A stretch of DNA of 64,000 nucleotides, taken from assembly GCA_028344575.1 (NCBI GenBank), contig JAOMBO010000005.1:780-64779 (forward strand). Reading direction: 5' to 3'. The stretch comes from Candidatus Nitrosopelagicus sp. GTDB lineage: Archaea > Thermoproteota > Nitrososphaeria > Nitrososphaerales > Nitrosopumilaceae. Positions 47,995-58,553 of this stretch are shown in pieces. How positions within the stretch are numbered: the first letter of the stretch is position 1; each line of letters begins with the position of its first letter. Both the position numbers and the translations under genes were made by a program. A model generated the notes under the pieces. It ran no database searches. It saw only the letters and a list, made by a program, of their open reading frames with translations, and was not told the DNA's origin.

Positions 47995-50865
47995 TTATTC
48001 AATCAAAATTGCTGGTTTGTATGGTCTTGCATGTCTTGCTTTTCCTTTAGGATCATAAACATTGTCGTCAGATTCAGAGTATACTTGAATCTCTACTCCG
48101 AACTCTTTTCTTCCAATACTAGATAATTCTGACAACAGAAATTCTTTTTCATTAAATGACTCTGATTCAAGTTTCATTTTTTTGATTGATTCTGATTCTG
48201 AATGTAAATCCTTGATCACTTTCTGAACATAGTCTGGCATCTTTTTAGCGTCGGTAGTTTCAGGATCTGCAATTAATTCTTTCATCACAACTCCCATATT
48301 GTTTTGACCACCTACCATCACACTCAAAATTTTTCGATAAATTTTTGATTTCATGCTGTCTGAATTCGCATATATTACAATTTTTTGTGGATTAATTTTT
48401 GTAACTTTAAGAATATTTGTAATATCTTCGATAGTTGATTTTAATAATTCTTCAGATTGAATTACACTTGTATCAACTTTATCTGAAGAATATTCTGGCC
48501 AAGATGATTTTGATACTAATTCAGTATTTCCTAATTTTTCCCACATTTCTTCTGCTACATGTGGTGCAAATGGAGAAAGCATTGCAACTCTGGTTGAGTT
48601 AATCTGATGTAAAATACCTGAAACATTCTTTCTTTCTTTAGCTTGAATTCTTTTTTGGTACCAACTCAAATCACTCTCAAATGTAAATAAAATCTCATGT
48701 AATGCTTCTCTCAGTCTCATTTTTTCTACAGCTTCTGTAACTTCTTCAATTTTGCTTTGAGTTTTAGATAAAATCCACTTGTCTTCTGTTTGTAAATCAT
48801 CAATTTTGCCTTTTTTTAGTGTGGAACACTCGTCTAATAGCGACTCTAACTTACTTTTGATACCTGAAACTGACTCCATATTAAAATCGGCATCTTGTAG
48901 TAACTCAGCTGATGAAATTATTGCTAATCTAATTGGGTCTGCACCATGATCTTGTATTGCTGTACGAAGTGGAATAATATTTCCCATACTTTTAGACATT
49001 TTAGCTCCATCCATCATGACAGAACCATTAACAACAATTTCTTTGGGCCATAATTTTTTCTCAAAGATTGCAGCATGATTCAAAACAAAAAATGACAAGT
49101 GATTCTGTACTAAATCCCGACCTGAATGTCTTGCATCTACTGGATAGAAATACTGAAATTCTTTTTTCATTGTATTAATAATATCTTCACTGAGATTGGA
49201 AGAACTTACAACTGCTCCTAACTCTCCCTTATCTAAGAAAACATAGTCGAAGAATTCTTTGGTGAGATTATCTGCCTCTACTGTTCCATCATTTACAAAT
49301 CGTGATAGAGTGTAATATGCCATGTAAATGACACTGTCTGATAATGATTCGACAATCCAGTCCTTATCCCATGGAAGTTTAGTCCCAAGTCCTTGCTGTC
49401 TTGCACATGCTCGCTCGTGTAACCAATTAATCACATCATGAAATTCTGTTTTAATTTTATTTGGAAGAATATTCATGTTGTCTAGACAGCTTCTTGCCAT
49501 TTTTTTCCATTCTTCATCTCCATAATTGAGGAACCATTGGTTGTTCAAGATCTTTACAACACATTCTGCTCCACATCGACATCTAATTGGAGAATTTTGA
49601 AGAGTAGGAAATGCCTCTAATTGATTTTTATCTTTTAACCAATCCTTAACCTTGTTTCGTCCAAATTCCACTTTCTCATTAACAAAATCTCCACATTTTT
49701 CATTTAATTTTCCATTAACAAATTCCTTAAGATACAACTCTTCAGTTGCTTCTTCTAATTTTGTATCTATTTGATCAGTCACTCCTAATTTTTCACACAC
49801 ATCTTTTGCTGGAATTTTGCCATATCCTTCCGTTGATATGATTGGTACTGGTTCAATTTTAGATGCCAACTCATAATTTTTTGATTTTAAATCCATCAAT
49901 GCCTGATAATCTTTAGGTGCATGTGCTGGCACTGACATTACCAAACCTGTTCCCATTCCTGATTCAACAAACTCTGCTTCAAAAATTGGAATTTCTTTTT
50001 CTGTATGTGGTGCTTTTGCAAATTTACCTATTAGATCTGCTCCTTTGATGTCTCCTTCAATTACAATTTCTTTTCCAAAAAATTCTAATTTTTTTGCACA
50101 TTCCTGTGAAACAATCCATTTTTCATCATCAGCTTTAATTTTTTTGTATATTGTATTTGGATTGACCCAGAGATTTGTAATACCAAAAATTGTCTCAGGT
50201 CTTAATGTTGTAATTGGAAATACATATTCATTTAGTCTGAATTTAACAAGATAATTTTCATCATTAATCTTTGGCTCAACATCACCCATTGTGTCATGTT
50301 GTGATACTGGGTTTTGATCAACTGGACACCATCCAACTGGATGAGAACCCTGAATAATCCTGTCATTATCTCGTAAAGTGGTAATTTGCCACTCAATAAA
50401 TTTTTGATAACCTGGAACTATGGTTGTAAATTCACGTCTCCAATCAATGGAATAACCCATTTCTATCATTCCAGATTTTATCTCTTCATGGAAGTAGTCT
50501 GCAATTTTAATTGGTTCAACAAATGTTTTGATTGCATCTTCTGGAACACGGTATACGTTTCGTAATCCATCAAGTATCTCTTTTTCTCCTGCTTGAATTC
50601 TTTTTGCCATTCCAAGAACTGGAGTTCCAGTATAATGAAATCCCATTGGGAATAATACATTGTACCCTTTCATTCTATAAAATCTTGCATGAACATCGGC
50701 TAGTGTGTATGTTCGACCATGTCCTATGTGTTGAGGTGAGTTTGGATATGGGTATGCAACTGTAATGAATTTTTTTGGTTTTTCATTAGGATTGGTTTCA
50801 AAGTCTTTAGATTCGTGCCACTTACTTCTCCATTTTTTATCTAGTTGATTCCAGTTTATTTCCAT
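47995..50865 (-). CDS. leuS: Leucine--tRNA ligase
   Basis: YPYPNSPQHIGH, TTLRPET editing domain, KMSKS. Confidence 0.96.
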   Translation of the reverse strand: MEINWNQLDKKWRSKWHESKDFETNPNEKPKKFITVAYPYPNSPQHIGHGRTYTLADVHARFYRMKGYNVLFPMGFHYTGTPVLGMAKRIQAGEKEILDGLRNVYRVPEDAIKTFVEPIKIADYFHEEIKSGMIEMGYSIDWRREFTTIVPGYQKFIEWQITTLRDNDRIIQGSHPVGWCPVDQNPVSQHDTMGDVEPKINDENYLVKFRLNEYVFPITTLRPETIFGITNLWVNPNTIYKKIKADDEKWIVSQECAKKLEFFGKEIVIEGDIKGADLIGKFAKAPHTEKEIPIFEAEFVESGMGTGLVMSVPAHAPKDYQALMDLKSKNYELASKIEPVPIISTEGYGKIPAKDVCEKLGVTDQIDTKLEEATEELYLKEFVNGKLNEKCGDFVNEKVEFGRNKVKDWLKDKNQLEAFPTLQNSPIRCRCGAECVVKILNNQWFLNYGDEEWKKMARSCLDNMNILPNKIKTEFHDVINWLHERACARQQGLGTKLPWDKDWIVESLSDSVIYMAYYTLSRFVNDGTVEADNLTKEFFDYVFLDKGELGAVVSSSNLSEDIINTMKKEFQYFYPVDARHSGRDLVQNHLSFFVLNHAAIFEKKLWPKEIVVNGSVMMDGAKMSKSMGNIIPLRTAIQDHGADPIRLAIISSAELLQDADFNMESVSGIKSKLESLLDECSTLKKGKIDDLQTEDKWILSKTQSKIEEVTEAVEKMRLREALHEILFTFESDLSWYQKRIQAKERKNVSGILHQINSTRVAMLSPFAPHVAEEMWEKLGNTELVSKSSWPEYSSDKVDTSVIQSEELLKSTIEDITNILKVTKINPQKIVIYANSDSMKSKIYRKILSVMVGGQNNMGVVMKELIADPETTDAKKMPDYVQKVIKDLHSESESIKKMKLESESFNEKEFLLSELSSIGRKEFGVEIQVYSESDDNVYDPKGKARHARPYKPAILIE

Positions 50866-50874
50866 CTTGTTTAC

Positions 50875-53568
50875 CTATTCCATAATCATGGACTTCGCAT
50901 TTTTAATTGCATCTTCTTTCTTTGATTTCTCGATTCCTCCTCCTTGAGCAAATTTTAGACTTCCTCCTCCTGCGCCACCTAAAATTTGAGAAATACTCTT
51001 AACAATCTCTCCTGCACTCTTCTCTTTTGAGATATCTTCTCCTGCGTAAACTATTACTCGGATCTTCTCTCCCTGCTCAAATAATCCACAATATACCAAT
51101 TTAGGATCTGCCTTACAGAGAGCTTCACCCAATCCAATATGAAAAACATCATCATAGTTATCGCTTGTCGAATAACAAAAGTTTGCTTTACCAGAATCTG
51201 CTAATTCCATTGTAATGTCATCTATGGTAATTGTTCCTTGTTTAGATTCTAATAGTGATTTTGCTATAACTGGTATTCTTTCTTTAGCAAGTTGTCTTTG
51301 TTCTATTCTTTTTTCTTTTTCTTGTTCTTTCATTTCTTTTTCTTTTTCTTTACTTTCTGAATCATGTTGTTTCTTTTTCACAAATTCTTTAGCACTATCT
51401 CCTGAAACAAACTCAATTCTTACAACTCCATCTTGAATTCTTTTTGTTTTTGTAATTTTAATTTGTTCGATATCTGATGTATTCACTACATGTGTTCCGC
51501 CACATGCTTCTATATCTAAATCACCTATTGACACAATTCTAACTGATTTTACAGGAACAACTCCGCCCTGATAAATTCTAAATCCATATTTTTGTTCTGC
51601 AGTGCCACGATCAAAATTTTCTATTTTCACTGGTATGGATTTTCCAATAATTGAGTTAGCCGTGTCTTCAATTTTTTTAACATCGTCATTTGTTAATGCA
51701 GAATGATGTGTGATGTCAAGTCTTGCATGGTCTTCTTCTTTGAATGCCGAGTGTTGCCACACCCATGAACCTAGAACACTTCTTGCTGAAGTATTGATAA
51801 TGTGTGTACTTGTATGATTTTTTGTAATTCCGTCTCTTCTCTTTGCATCTACCGTACAAGAAACTGTATCTCCTTCTTTTGGGACATTTCCTTTAATTTC
51901 ATGAACTACTATGTTTCCATGTTTTGTAATATCTATGATTTCTTGACCTCCAATGTCTCCATGATCTGGTTCTTGACCACCTCCTCTTGCATAAAATGCA
52001 GTTTTATCTAAAATGACAAAATTTTCAAATGACTTCAAAACTTTTGCATCAAATTCTCTTGGGTCGTCTCCATAAAATAGAAGTTCTGTATCGGGAACTC
52101 CTTCTAACGGTAAGTTTACTTGTTCTTTTTGTTTTTTAGATTGGTGCAAATCAGAAAGTTTTGCATAAAATGTTGATGGAATCTCTGATATCACTTTCAT
52201 TTCTTTCAGATATTCTGGTGTAACTCCATCTGATTCGTAAAGCGTTATCAAATCTTCAACCTTTGGTTCTGTATCTAATTTACTAACAATTTTCTGCATT
52301 CTTTGTTTTGAACTATCATATCTTCCTGTTTCAATTGATATTATCTCTTTAACATCTTCTCTAGTTTTTTCTAATTCTGGATATGTATTTTTCAAATAAT
52401 CAATTTGTATGTCTATTATTTCATCCAAATCAAATTTTAATTTCAATCTGTCCATGGTTGAAACAATTCTTCTCAGCATTATTCGAAGATTGTATCCTCC
52501 TCCCACATTACTAGGAAGTGCGCCATCTGAAATTGCAAAGATTAGTGTTCTGATATGATCAATTATTAGATAAATTCCCTCTAATGGAGTAATAATATGA
52601 TTAATTTGTTCATCCGATAACCCTGTTGTCTTGATAGCATTTTTCCTTACTTGGGATAAATCATCATACAACTCCAGATTCTTTGCTATTTCAGTGAAAT
52701 ATGGTACAAGAACTGAGGAATCCGTATCTATTCCTGTTTTTTGAATTAATTTCTGTGTAATTGGTCCAAAACAACAATCATACGCTGTAGGTGTTCCCAT
52801 TGTAATCCATGCAAATCTTTCAAGACCTGCACCCATGTCGATTATTCTTTGATCAAGTGTTTTGTAATTTGAAAGATCACCTTGAAATTCTGTAAACACT
52901 GCATTACCAAGTTCTAAACCTCTTACAAAATATTCTAATGATGAACCAAAAGAACCTCCTCCTTCCCACACATCTTCTACAAATGTAATTTCTTTTTTTG
53001 CAATTCCAAATTGTTGTGTTAATAAATTAAAATCAAGATTAACACATTCATCCTTCCAGTAACCATTTTCATTTGGAATACTATGTTGTCCTATCATACA
53101 AAATGATGAAAAGTGTCTACCTGTTACTCCAACATTTTCTAAATCTTTGAATCTTAAACATGTTTGTGGAACAACAAGTGGATTTGCAGGAAATTCAAAT
53201 ACAACTTTACTTCCCATAACTCTTTGAAAATCAACTATTGATGCAATTGTAAAATAAAGATCATCTCTCCATCTGCATACAACTGGATATCTATTAATTG
53301 ATGTGTGATTATTTTTTACAAAAAATGATTCAACCTCTTTCCATGATCGTGTGTAATCAAATCTTTTTGATGTAGGTGGGTCTCCAATGAATGAATACGT
53401 ATCATCAGAATGATCTGGACAATTTACTCTCTCTGAATCTAATGTCCAAAAGAATCTACCACACTCATTACATGATTTACGTTCGAATCCTTGATCTTCA
53501 AAAAGATTTACATTATAATATCTCTGAGGGTCTGCTGAAAATTTCTCAAGAATCTCTTTTTTATTCAC
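50875..53568 (-). CDS. alaS: Alanine--tRNA ligase
   Basis: Archaeal AlaRS motifs RWRDDLYFTIASI, DMGAGLER, HTSTH and CGGTH editing sites. Confidence 0.96.
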   Translation of the reverse strand: MNKKEILEKFSADPQRYYNVNLFEDQGFERKSCNECGRFFWTLDSERVNCPDHSDDTYSFIGDPPTSKRFDYTRSWKEVESFFVKNNHTSINRYPVVCRWRDDLYFTIASIVDFQRVMGSKVVFEFPANPLVVPQTCLRFKDLENVGVTGRHFSSFCMIGQHSIPNENGYWKDECVNLDFNLLTQQFGIAKKEITFVEDVWEGGGSFGSSLEYFVRGLELGNAVFTEFQGDLSNYKTLDQRIIDMGAGLERFAWITMGTPTAYDCCFGPITQKLIQKTGIDTDSSVLVPYFTEIAKNLELYDDLSQVRKNAIKTTGLSDEQINHIITPLEGIYLIIDHIRTLIFAISDGALPSNVGGGYNLRIMLRRIVSTMDRLKLKFDLDEIIDIQIDYLKNTYPELEKTREDVKEIISIETGRYDSSKQRMQKIVSKLDTEPKVEDLITLYESDGVTPEYLKEMKVISEIPSTFYAKLSDLHQSKKQKEQVNLPLEGVPDTELLFYGDDPREFDAKVLKSFENFVILDKTAFYARGGGQEPDHGDIGGQEIIDITKHGNIVVHEIKGNVPKEGDTVSCTVDAKRRDGITKNHTSTHIINTSARSVLGSWVWQHSAFKEEDHARLDITHHSALTNDDVKKIEDTANSIIGKSIPVKIENFDRGTAEQKYGFRIYQGGVVPVKSVRIVSIGDLDIEACGGTHVVNTSDIEQIKITKTKRIQDGVVRIEFVSGDSAKEFVKKKQHDSESKEKEKEMKEQEKEKRIEQRQLAKERIPVIAKSLLESKQGTITIDDITMELADSGKANFCYSTSDNYDDVFHIGLGEALCKADPKLVYCGLFEQGEKIRVIVYAGEDISKEKSAGEIVKSISQILGGAGGGSLKFAQGGGIEKSKKEDAIKNAKSMIME

Positions 53569-53643
53569 TAAATTTTTGACCTAGTGCCGATATTAAGGAC
53601 TGTCGATTCAACCGTTAAATATAGAAAAATGTAGAAACATTTC

Positions 53644-54159
53644 ATGTTCGGAAGAAAAAAGGGTGAAGTAAAAGAGGGCGATTTTGTATTTACTTCAAGA
53701 AAAGACGATGGTGATTACAACAATATCATATTTGGAACCGTTACTGGTGTTGACGGAAATAAAATTGGTGTAAATGGTTTCTTTGTAAATCCTGTTGGAT
53801 TAAAAAATAAAGTTTCTCAAGGAAAAGCAGGTCCACGCTCAAAAGAGATTCTTACTAATCCTACCTCTGAAAATTGCATTTTTGCATTAATCTATAGAAT
53901 TGAATATGAAAATTTTACAGAAGTCTTGGATATTAGCTCTGACAAGGTTGAATTCATCTCAAAAAAAGTCTTCACCATTTTTGATGGTTGGATTAGGGAA
54001 TCATTATCTGAATTAATCAATAATGTATTATCTCTTCCAGAAGGCTCTGAACAAGAACATGCCAGAAGAATTCTAAAACAGAAAATGGAGAATCTTTATG
54101 ATAAGGAATTAAAGAAAAATCTCTATTCTGTTTGCAGAAGCCTAAAGATCCTGATCTAA
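53644..54159 (+). CDS. Hypothetical protein
   Basis: 171-aa ORF with ATG after a TATA-like element; fills intergenic space. Confidence 0.7.
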   Translation: MFGRKKGEVKEGDFVFTSRKDDGDYNNIIFGTVTGVDGNKIGVNGFFVNPVGLKNKVSQGKAGPRSKEILTNPTSENCIFALIYRIEYENFTEVLDISSDKVEFISKKVFTIFDGWIRESLSELINNVLSLPEGSEQEHARRILKQKMENLYDKELKKNLYSVCRSLKILI

Positions 54160-54206
54160 AGACAATTTTTGATAGCTTTTTATTATGCCTAACGGCTTTT
54201 TCGTAC

Positions 54207-54518
54207 ATGGAATATGTTTACGCTGCCTTAATGTTGCACAAACTAGAGAAAGAAGTCAACGAAGCAAACGTTGCAAGCGTAGTTAAAGCAACTGGCGCAG
54301 AAGTTAACGAAGCACAAGTTAAAGCACTTGTAGCATCATTGGCTGATGTTAACATTGAAGAAGCTATCAAAGCAGCACCTGTAGCAGTTGCAGCCGCAGC
54401 AGCACCAGCAGCAGATGCAGCAGCAGGTGGCGACGAAAAGAAAGAAAAGAAAGCAGAGCCACCAAGTGAAAAACAGGAAGAAGCAGCAATGGAAGGTTTA
54501 TCCTCTCTATTCGGCTAA
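54207..54518 (+). CDS. rpl12: 50S ribosomal stalk protein P1/L12
   Basis: [11 protein letters not shown] start at 54207, Ala-rich hinge, acidic tail GLSSLFG. Confidence 0.96.
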   Translation: MEYVYAALMLHKLEKEVNEANVASVVKATGAEVNEAQVKALVASLADVNIEEAIKAAPVAVAAAAAPAADAAAGGDEKKEKKAEPPSEKQEEAAMEGLSSLFG

Positions 54519-54573
54519 ATTAAGCCCAAAACTTTCTTAACGTTATTAGTAACTATTTTTTATTCTAATCATC

Positions 54574-55209
54574 TTGGCAGATTCTACTTTGTCAATTGAG
54601 TTTTTCATTTATGTTTTAGATCTATTTGGTACGATGGCATTTGCTGTAACTGGTGCATTCAAGGCTATTGAGCACAAAGCAGACATTGTTGGAATAATAA
54701 TTCTCGCAACAATAACTGGTGTTGCAGGTGGGACAATACGTGATGTAATACTTGGAAAATCTCTTCCTAATTCTCTAATTGATCCTTCATATGTCATAAT
54801 TACTGTTGCATCTGCAATCATAATCTTCCTCTTACATTCTAAAATGAAAAAACATTGGAATGTATTTCTAAAATTTGATGCTATTGGACTAGGTGTTTTC
54901 ACCGTAATTGGTGCTACTTTTGCCTATAACATGTTTGGAATGAATTTCCTTGTTATTGTACTATCAGGAATGCTTACCGCAATCGGTGGTGGAATACTCC
55001 GTGATGTGTTCGTTAGTCAAACTCCTATAGTATTTGTAAAGGAGCTGTATGCTTCTGCCAGTTTTTTGGGTGCTTCTGTATTTTATCTAGTAATATTTCT
55101 AACAAACGATGTCTATGCTGGAACTATTTCTGGATTATTACTGGCTACTGGACTTAGAATGGTTGCAATGAAGTATAATTGGAATTTACCTAAAGTAAAA
55201 AGTAGTTAA
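54574..55209 (+). CDS. TRIC channel family (UPF0126/YadS) membrane protein
   Basis: Duplicated GGTIRD / GGGILRD motifs, DAIGLG, ELYA. Confidence 0.9.
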   Translation: MADSTLSIEFFIYVLDLFGTMAFAVTGAFKAIEHKADIVGIIILATITGVAGGTIRDVILGKSLPNSLIDPSYVIITVASAIIIFLLHSKMKKHWNVFLKFDAIGLGVFTVIGATFAYNMFGMNFLVIVLSGMLTAIGGGILRDVFVSQTPIVFVKELYASASFLGASVFYLVIFLTNDVYAGTISGLLLATGLRMVAMKYNWNLPKVKSS

Positions 55210-55210
55210 T

Positions 55211-56077
55211 TTATGCTGGTGAGTAATCTTTTGCCTTTGAGGCTACGCCTTGTGCTTGACCATGAGCCTTTTGTAATACTTGTTCTTTTGTATCTTCAGT
55301 TAGATATCCTGCTTCAGTTGAAACCGAACGTGCAGATTGAGCTGCCTTTGCTAAGATTTGTTCAATATTATCTGCAGTAATGTATGCTGCCTCAATTGAA
55401 AGTGAAACTGCTTGTTGATGTGCTTGGCCCAAATCATTTCTGAACTTCTCAACATCGATTATCATTTCTTCTTGTTGATAGACTAAACCTTCTTCTAATG
55501 CAGCATTCAAAACTATACCTGCTTCAATTGCTTTAATGTCTAGTTTAGTTAAAAGTCCGGCAAGTTTTTCAGATATTGGTTCTCCTTTCTTTACTGGTAC
55601 GGTCTCTTTCATAATCCAAATTGTACCTTGATCAATCTTTGTAGCAATTCCGTTTTCTTTGAAGTCCGTTAACATTGGTCCTGGGGCAATTCCTGTATTC
55701 TTGGGTGGAATTACAACATCCATGCTTGCAGTATCTCCACCTCTTGCAAATAGCATAACTTTATTCTTTCCTAATAGAACGTTAAGTTTGAATGGCGACA
55801 TGTTTGTAAACATGAAGACACATTGACCTGTCACTTTTTCAGATAATTTGTCTATACCGGTAACTCCAGCTTTAGCAAAGGCAAGTCTTGCAACTTTATC
55901 TTTAATACTGACAACTTCAACTTCTCCCTGAAGTTTTTTTCTTAATGGTAGTAATTGTGAACCTCTAACTTTTTCCATTCTGACTAATGCCATTACGCTA
56001 TATTTTTTTGGAAGCTCTTGTAGCTGTTGATACATTTGTGCTTTCTTTTTTGGGTATGTGGTTCTATTCTCGTGCAT
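55211..56077 (-). CDS. rpl10: 50S ribosomal protein L10/P0 (uL10)
   Basis: LRKKL, ARGG, NTGIAPGP, TKIDQGTI motifs; next to rpl1. Confidence 0.94.
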   Translation of the reverse strand: MHENRTTYPKKKAQMYQQLQELPKKYSVMALVRMEKVRGSQLLPLRKKLQGEVEVVSIKDKVARLAFAKAGVTGIDKLSEKVTGQCVFMFTNMSPFKLNVLLGKNKVMLFARGGDTASMDVVIPPKNTGIAPGPMLTDFKENGIATKIDQGTIWIMKETVPVKKGEPISEKLAGLLTKLDIKAIEAGIVLNAALEEGLVYQQEEMIIDVEKFRNDLGQAHQQAVSLSIEAAYITADNIEQILAKAAQSARSVSTEAGYLTEDTKEQVLQKAHGQAQGVASKAKDYSPA

Positions 56078-56078
56078 G

Positions 56079-56735
56079 TTACTTTGTCACCTTGTGCACT
56101 AATTTTGCTGCTTTGCCCATAGTTGTTTTAATCATATATTTTCTGATATTTTTATCTCCATTTGGAAATTTAGTTTTTAAATTATTAATTACTGCAATTG
56201 CATTTGCGGCTACTTGATGTTCATCCATTGTAGTATCTCCTATTTTACACGAGATTGAAAGTGAATTTTTTACTCTAACTCTAATTGAAGTCTTGAATCT
56301 ACTTAGAAATGATTCAATAGGTGCATTAAATGGAACTGGTGTTGGCATTTTTCCTCTAGGTCCCAAAAGTTGTCCTAATGATTTACCTACTACAGGCATT
56401 AATTTTGTATCTGCTAAAAAGAAATCATATTTGTTGATTAATTTTCTAGAGGCTCTTTTGTCTTCTGCTAATTTATTGACACTGTCATTATCTAAAACTT
56501 CATCTGCTTTTGCATCCTTTGCTTTTAGTCCCATATCTCCTTCAGCCATTACACAAACTGCTGCTGGCTTTGACATTTGATTTGGTAGTTGAATTACTTC
56601 ATTAAATGCAAATCCTTTTTTCACATCTATATCTTTTAGAGTGATGTAAAGTTCAAGTGATTCTTTAAACTTACGTTCTTTTTCACTTTTCTTTGCTTCT
56701 TGGATTAATGCAACTATTTCAGACTCGTTTACCAT
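56079..56735 (-). CDS. rpl1: 50S ribosomal protein L1 (uL1)
   Basis: RKFKESLEL, LGQLLGPRGKMP, IKTTMG. Confidence 0.96.
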   Translation of the reverse strand: MVNESEIVALIQEAKKSEKERKFKESLELYITLKDIDVKKGFAFNEVIQLPNQMSKPAAVCVMAEGDMGLKAKDAKADEVLDNDSVNKLAEDKRASRKLINKYDFFLADTKLMPVVGKSLGQLLGPRGKMPTPVPFNAPIESFLSRFKTSIRVRVKNSLSISCKIGDTTMDEHQVAANAIAVINNLKTKFPNGDKNIRKYMIKTTMGKAAKLVHKVTK

Positions 56736-56893
56736 GTCAAAAACCTTAATCCCTCACTTATTATCGTTTAGAGTAATTGTTTATGATTACATCATTTTTC
56801 TAAAATTGATGTATCTTTTTCTAAATTTTAGTAAATTTTCGGTTAATTCTGCCAAAACTTACATTTACTACTAAAATTTACTTATTTTAAGAA

Positions 56894-57349
56894 ATGGCTA
56901 AAGTTGATGACTTAGATCTCAAATTATTATCTGAATTAAAAAAAGATGGAAGTATCTCTATTCCATTTTTGGCAAAAAAACTAAACATCAATGCATCTGT
57001 TTTGTACAGTAGAATAAAGAGACTGATAAAAAAGAAGATGATAAAGAAATTCACTATCGATATTGATGAAAACCAACTAGGTTTTGGAGTTAAGGCATAC
57101 GTTGGAATTAATAGAGATCCTAAATTTAAAACAGAAATCCATGAAAATCTTCTAGAAATTGCAGAAATTGATAGAATTATTGAGGTTACGGGAAGATTTG
57201 ATTTGATGGTTGGTGCTTTAGCTGAAGATTTGGAACAATTACACAGCATCGTGGTTGATAAAATTGGAAAAATTGATGGGATTCAGAATACTGAAACATT
57301 TGTTGAATTGGAAAGAACTGAAAAATCTCCGATGTATCTTTCTAGTTAA
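56894..57349 (+). CDS. Lrp/AsnC family transcriptional regulator
   Basis: DDLDLKLLSEL..DG HTH, RIKRL, EVTGRFD RAM domain. Confidence 0.92.
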   Translation: MAKVDDLDLKLLSELKKDGSISIPFLAKKLNINASVLYSRIKRLIKKKMIKKFTIDIDENQLGFGVKAYVGINRDPKFKTEIHENLLEIAEIDRIIEVTGRFDLMVGALAEDLEQLHSIVVDKIGKIDGIQNTETFVELERTEKSPMYLSS

Positions 57350-57827
57350 CTAATTTTTGGTCCCATTTACCATCGTTCACTTCGACAGTAATCTCTTTTG
57401 GTGTTTTGCCTTCTACTTTAATGCCTAAACATTGACATGTACCGATAATCTGTTTTGCAACTGATTTTATTTCTGATGCATATGATGTCTCAAGTTTTAC
57501 ATTTGCAACTTTAACTACTGCATCCATTCCGATATCTGCAACCCATTCTGTACCTGCTGTACCTGAACCTTTTGTTATGTTTGCTTCTTTTAGTATAAGT
57601 GCTGAAGCTGATGGAATTCCAACTTCAATATCCCATTCTTTAGTATCTGTATCAACACTAACTGTAACTGGAACTTTCATTCCTTTGAAGTCACCTGTTT
57701 TTTCATTAATCTTGTTGATGACTTCCATAATGTTTACTCCTAATGGACCAAGTGCTGGACCTAGTGGTGGACCTGCAGAAGCTTCTCCACCTGTTACTTG
57801 TGCTGAAATTGATTGTTTGTCGCCCAT
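57342..57827 (-). CDS. rpl11: 50S ribosomal protein L11 (uL11)
   Basis: GGEASAGPPLGPALGP, GMKVPV, IIGTC..LG. Confidence 0.96.
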   Translation of the reverse strand: MGDKQSISAQVTGGEASAGPPLGPALGPLGVNIMEVINKINEKTGDFKGMKVPVTVSVDTDTKEWDIEVGIPSASALILKEANITKGSGTAGTEWVADIGMDAVVKVANVKLETSYASEIKSVAKQIIGTCQCLGIKVEGKTPKEITVEVNDGKWDQKLVN

Positions 57828-57863
57828 TTGAAATTTGTCTCTTTTTTAATGATTTATTCCTTC

Positions 57864-58319
57864 CTATGATGCAACTGGTTTTAGATAGTTTGCATCTACT
57901 GTAACTGGTAATTGGTATGGTGCATCTAGCAAAATTACTGTAGCCTCTTCTTTATCATGATCAACTCTTGTAATTGTAGCCTTCATTCCTTTGAATGGTC
58001 CTCCAATAACTTCTACTGTTCCATCAACTGCTAATTCTGAAACTGTAGATTTCTTTACAAGATAACTTTCTATTTCACTAAATTCTAATTCTCCTCTTAA
58101 TTGTCCTTTGACATGTCGTAATCCTTGTGTTGCCATAAACATAACTTGAGGATCATTTGCTTCGATTACAACATAACCTTTTAGATTTTCGACAATGAGA
58201 ACTGATTGAACCTCTAGTTCACCACTTCTCATTTTTGCTTCAAGTTGTCTCAAAACAACCTTTTCTTGACCTCCGGTAGTTCTGAGTGCAAATAGGTGGG
58301 AATTTGTTACTTCTGACAT
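57864..58319 (-). CDS. spt5: Transcription elongation factor Spt5
   Basis: TTGGQE NGN domain, KGYVVIEA, KOW motif VEVIGGPFKG. Confidence 0.95.
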   Translation of the reverse strand: MSEVTNSHLFALRTTGGQEKVVLRQLEAKMRSGELEVQSVLIVENLKGYVVIEANDPQVMFMATQGLRHVKGQLRGELEFSEIESYLVKKSTVSELAVDGTVEVIGGPFKGMKATITRVDHDKEEATVILLDAPYQLPVTVDANYLKPVAS

Positions 58320-58328
58320 TTTATCTCT

Positions 58329-58511
58329 CTATTTGAATACCATTCCTGGTGAAATTGTTGCAAATATGAATTGAATACCGAATCCTAACAGTCCTACTGT
58401 GGCAAAGCCAAACAAGACTAATCTAAGGTGCTGTTTGTAAACCTCCTTATCGGATTTCTTCGTTAATTTTATAGTGTTAACTATATTCTTGAACATGAGT
58501 TTTGGATTCAA
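58329..58511 (-). CDS. secE: Preprotein translocase SecE/Sec61-gamma
   Basis: 60 aa, LTKKSDKEVY followed by a TM helix; conserved position upstream of spt5. Confidence 0.85.
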   Translation of the reverse strand: MNPKLMFKNIVNTIKLTKKSDKEVYKQHLRLVLFGFATVGLLGFGIQFIFATISPGMVFK

Positions 58512-58553
58512 ATTATAAAGAAAAATAATAAAGTGTCAATATATCTTTTATTC

